Assembly (NCBI RefSeq): GCF_963921235.1
Contig: NC_086118.1
Span: forward strand, 18,354,001-18,418,000
Direction: 5' to 3'
DNA: 64,000 nucleotides
Source: Mobula hypostoma
Lineage: Eukaryota
The notes below the pieces were generated by a model, which did not search any database, was not told the DNA's origin, and saw only the letters and a list, made by a program, of their open reading frames with translations. The position numbers and the translations under genes are program-made. This document shows, piece after piece, positions 61,010-64,000 of the stretch (the first letter of the stretch is position 1; each line of letters opens with the position of its first letter).

Positions 61010-61975
61010 GGCGTATTGGATCACCCATTTCTGCATCAGTGAAAATTAACACTGACGCACCTCAAGGACGTGTGCTAGCCCAGTACTATGCTCTCTCTGC
61101 ACCCATGACAGTGTGGCTATGTACGGTTCAAGTGCCATCTATAAATCTGCCAGTGACACTGCTATCGTTGGCAGAATTTCAGATGATAAGGAGGAGGCGT
61201 ACAGGAGTGATAAAGATCCGCTGGTTGAGTGGTGTTGCAACAACAACCTTACACTCAAAATCAATAAGACCAAAGAATTGATTGTGGACTTCAGTATGGG
61301 AAGTTGAGGGAACACACACCAGTCCGCATCGAAGTATCAGCAGTGGAAAGGGTGAGCAGTTTCAAGTGCCTGTGGGTCAATGTCTTTGAAGATCTATCCC
61401 GGGCCCAACATATTGATGCAATTACAAAGAAAGTATTACAGTGGCTATATTTCATTAGGAGTTTGAGGAGAATTGGTACGTCACCAACGGCACTCACACA
61501 TTTCTACAGCTGTACCATGGAGAGCATTCTAACTGGTGCATCACCATCTGGTATGGAGGGGACACTGCAGAAAGTTGTACAAGCCAGCTCCCATCATGAG
61601 CACTAGCCTTCCCAGCATCAAGGACATCTTCAAAAGCGGACGCCTCAGAACGGTGCCGTCCATCATGATGGACTTCCCTCACCCAGGACTTGCCCTCTTC
61701 TCATTGCTAACAACAAGCAAGAGTTACAGGAGCCTGAAGACACACACTGAACGTTTCAGGAACAGTCACTTTCCCTCTGCTATCAGATTTCTGAATGGTC
61801 AATGAGCCCATGAACATGACCTCAATATTCATTTTTTCTCTTTTCTTTGCTCTCTTTTTGCTCTACTTATTTAATTACTTTATATTTCTTATTGTAATTT
61901 ATAGCATTGCGATGTACTGTTGAGGCACACTTCATAACATATGCCAGTGAAACAACCGTATTCGGTTCTGATTCA
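61010..61975 (+). mobile_element. Rex1/Babar 3' portion
   Basis: APQGRVL, DTAIVGRISD, LKINKTKELIVDF, HPGLALFSLL..RFRNSHFPSAIRFLN*; tail ttcggttctgattc. Confidence 0.87.
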
Positions 61976-62534
61976 TGAGTCTACCTTTGCATTACTATTT
62001 AGCTAACAACTAGCAGGGTGGTCAGGAGAAGACTAAAGGAATAAAGATGGCTACAATCTGAATTACACAGCACGTGGGTCAGACTCACTTTGTATTATGA
62101 GAACTGAAATTATTACAGTGGTTCTGAAGGAGGAATAACCAGAAATGGACATTGCAAACGTCTGGTATGAGTAGCCTGCAATATTTTAGAACATGGAAAG
62201 CAGGGTGATATCCTTTAGTCCATGATGATAGGCTGAACTATTAAAGCTAATGACACTTAATCCATTCAGCTGGCCAGTAGAGTTATAGAGCAACACAGCA
62301 CTGATCCTTCATCCCCACTGCATGACTTTGGAGCCATAGGAGGGAACTGAAGCACCCAGGAGAAACCTATGTAGCCGCAGTGATTCTCTGCACAATTATG
62401 CACGGAACTAATAGCCTCTAAAATACCTCTACTGTATCTAACTCCACCAGCACCACCACTAATGCGGGAGTGTTATAGGCACCTACCACTCTCTTGTGAA
62501 ATAATCTTGCCCTACCTGTCTTTTTTGAACTGTT

Positions 62535-62950
62535 TACAAAACATTGACTGTTTACTCTTTTCCATAGATGCTACCTGGCTTGCTCAGTTCCTCCAGCATT
62601 CTGTGTGTGTTGCTTTGGATTTCCAGCAGCTGCAGATTTTCTTGTGTTTGTGAGATCAGGAAGAGGGCTTCCGCTTCTTCCCCTCTGTTATCCGACTGCT
62701 GAATGGACATTGAATCCACAAACACTACCTCACTACTTTTTTTAGTTCTATATTTGCACTACTAATTTAATGTAACTATTTAATTAATTTAAAGTATACC
62801 TACTGTAATAAGTATTTACATCGTAATTATATATATTTATTGTAATTCATGTTTTCCTCTATTATTATATATTGCATTGTACTGCTGGGGCAAAGCCAAC
62901 AAATTTCATGACATATGACAGTGATATTAAACCTGATTCTCATTCTGAGA
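62535..62950 (+). mobile_element. Penelope pLTR 3' piece (62535-62652) fused to a Rex1/Babar 3' end (62655-62950)
   Basis: atagatgctacctggcttgctcagttcctccagcatt..; ttcttcccctctgttatccgactgctgaatgga..aaacctgattctcattctga. Confidence 0.7.
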
Positions 62951-63325
62951 GCTAATGTATACATATGAGCATGAAGGTATTAGATCTATAATTTCCAATG
63001 ACATATGACGAAAGATGGAAAAAGCAGATCTTTGTGACATTGTTTGTACATTAATCAATTATAATGTAGGTGCAGAGATATTTTCAATCAGTACGGGATG
63101 TGCTGGAATAATGTTTGATTTTATCCAGATCAGTAGAAAATGCTTGGCCATTTATATTGACATAGCTGCCATTTCTAAGTCTTGTTTTTTAAACTGATCC
63201 AAGTCTCACAGTTTACAAATCCTGGTATAAAATGTGGCATGCTGTGAAATCTATGTGAATTGGTGTAAGACCATTTTTTAACAGTCATGCAAGCTCTTTC
63301 ACAAGGAACCAACCATGCAACAATT

Positions 63326-64000
63326 TACGCAAACAACAGGAATTCTGCAGATGCTGGAAATTCAAGCAACATACATCAAAGTTGCTGGTGAACGCAGCAG
63401 GCCAAGCAGCATCTGTAGAAAGAGGTGCAGTCGACGTTTCAGGCCGAGACCCTTCGTCAGGACTAACTGTAGGAAGAGTGAGTAAGGGATTTGAAAGTTG
63501 GAGGGGGAGGGGGAGATCCAAAATGATAGAAGAAGACAGGAGGGGGAGGGATAGAGCCGAGAGCTGGACAGGTGATATGCAGAAGGGGATACGAGAGGAT
63601 CATGGGACAGGAGGTCCAGGAAGAAAGATGGGGGGGGGGATGACCCAGAGGATGGGCAAGAGGTATATTCGGAGGGACAGAGGGAGAAAAAGGAGAGTGA
63701 GAGAAAGAATGTGTGCATAAAAATGAGTAACAGATGGGGTACGAGGGGGAGGTGGGGCCTTAGCGGAAGTTAGAGAAGTCGATGTTCATGCCATCAGGTT
63801 GGAGGCTACCCAGACGGAATATAAGGTGTTGTTCCTCCAACCTGAGTTTGGCTTCATCTTTACAGTAGAGGAGGCCGTGGATAGACATGTCAGAATGGGA
63901 ATGGGATGTGGAATTAAAATGTGTGGCCACTGGGAGATCCTGCTTTCTCTGGCGGACAGAGCGTAGATGTTCAGCAAAGCGGTCTCCCAGTCTGCGTCGG
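63326..64000 (-). mobile_element. Penelope element 3' end (GIY-YIG C-terminus 63760-64000 + pLTR), runs off the window
   Basis: Near-identical to the reverse complement of 30635-31273. Confidence 0.95.
63429..63464 (-). ncRNA. Minimal type I hammerhead ribozyme motif
   Basis: Identical to 28131-28166. Confidence 0.88.

Overview
Eukaryotic, not prokaryotic, DNA. The window is repeat-dominated intergenic or intronic sequence. The repeat families (CR1 LINEs with esterase ORF1, Rex1/Babar LINEs, Penelope-like elements, V-SINEs) suggest a cartilaginous fish, probably a ray; this is inferred from repeat resemblance only. Most of the window is nested, mostly decayed transposons: CR1, Rex1/Babar, RTE-derived short elements, Penelope/Neptune, Gypsy and BEL/Pao LTR remnants, an IR/DR Tc1, hAT-Charlie-type elements, MITEs and SINEs. 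No host protein-coding gene is recognisable; there is one weak candidate exon pair near 13.0-13.3 kb. Highlights: (1) Penelope termini carry minimal type I hammerhead ribozymes (7 full-length motif copies) followed by a second conserved structure; (2) a Penelope insertion with a 15-bp TSD carries an inverted copy of nearby genomic DNA; (3) a non-autonomous hAT amplified while carrying a CR1 3' end; (4) a 32x29-bp minisatellite expanded inside a V-SINE; (5) a CR1 has a tandem-monomer 5'UTR. Family names come from recognition of motifs, not database searches. Boundaries of decayed elements are approximate.
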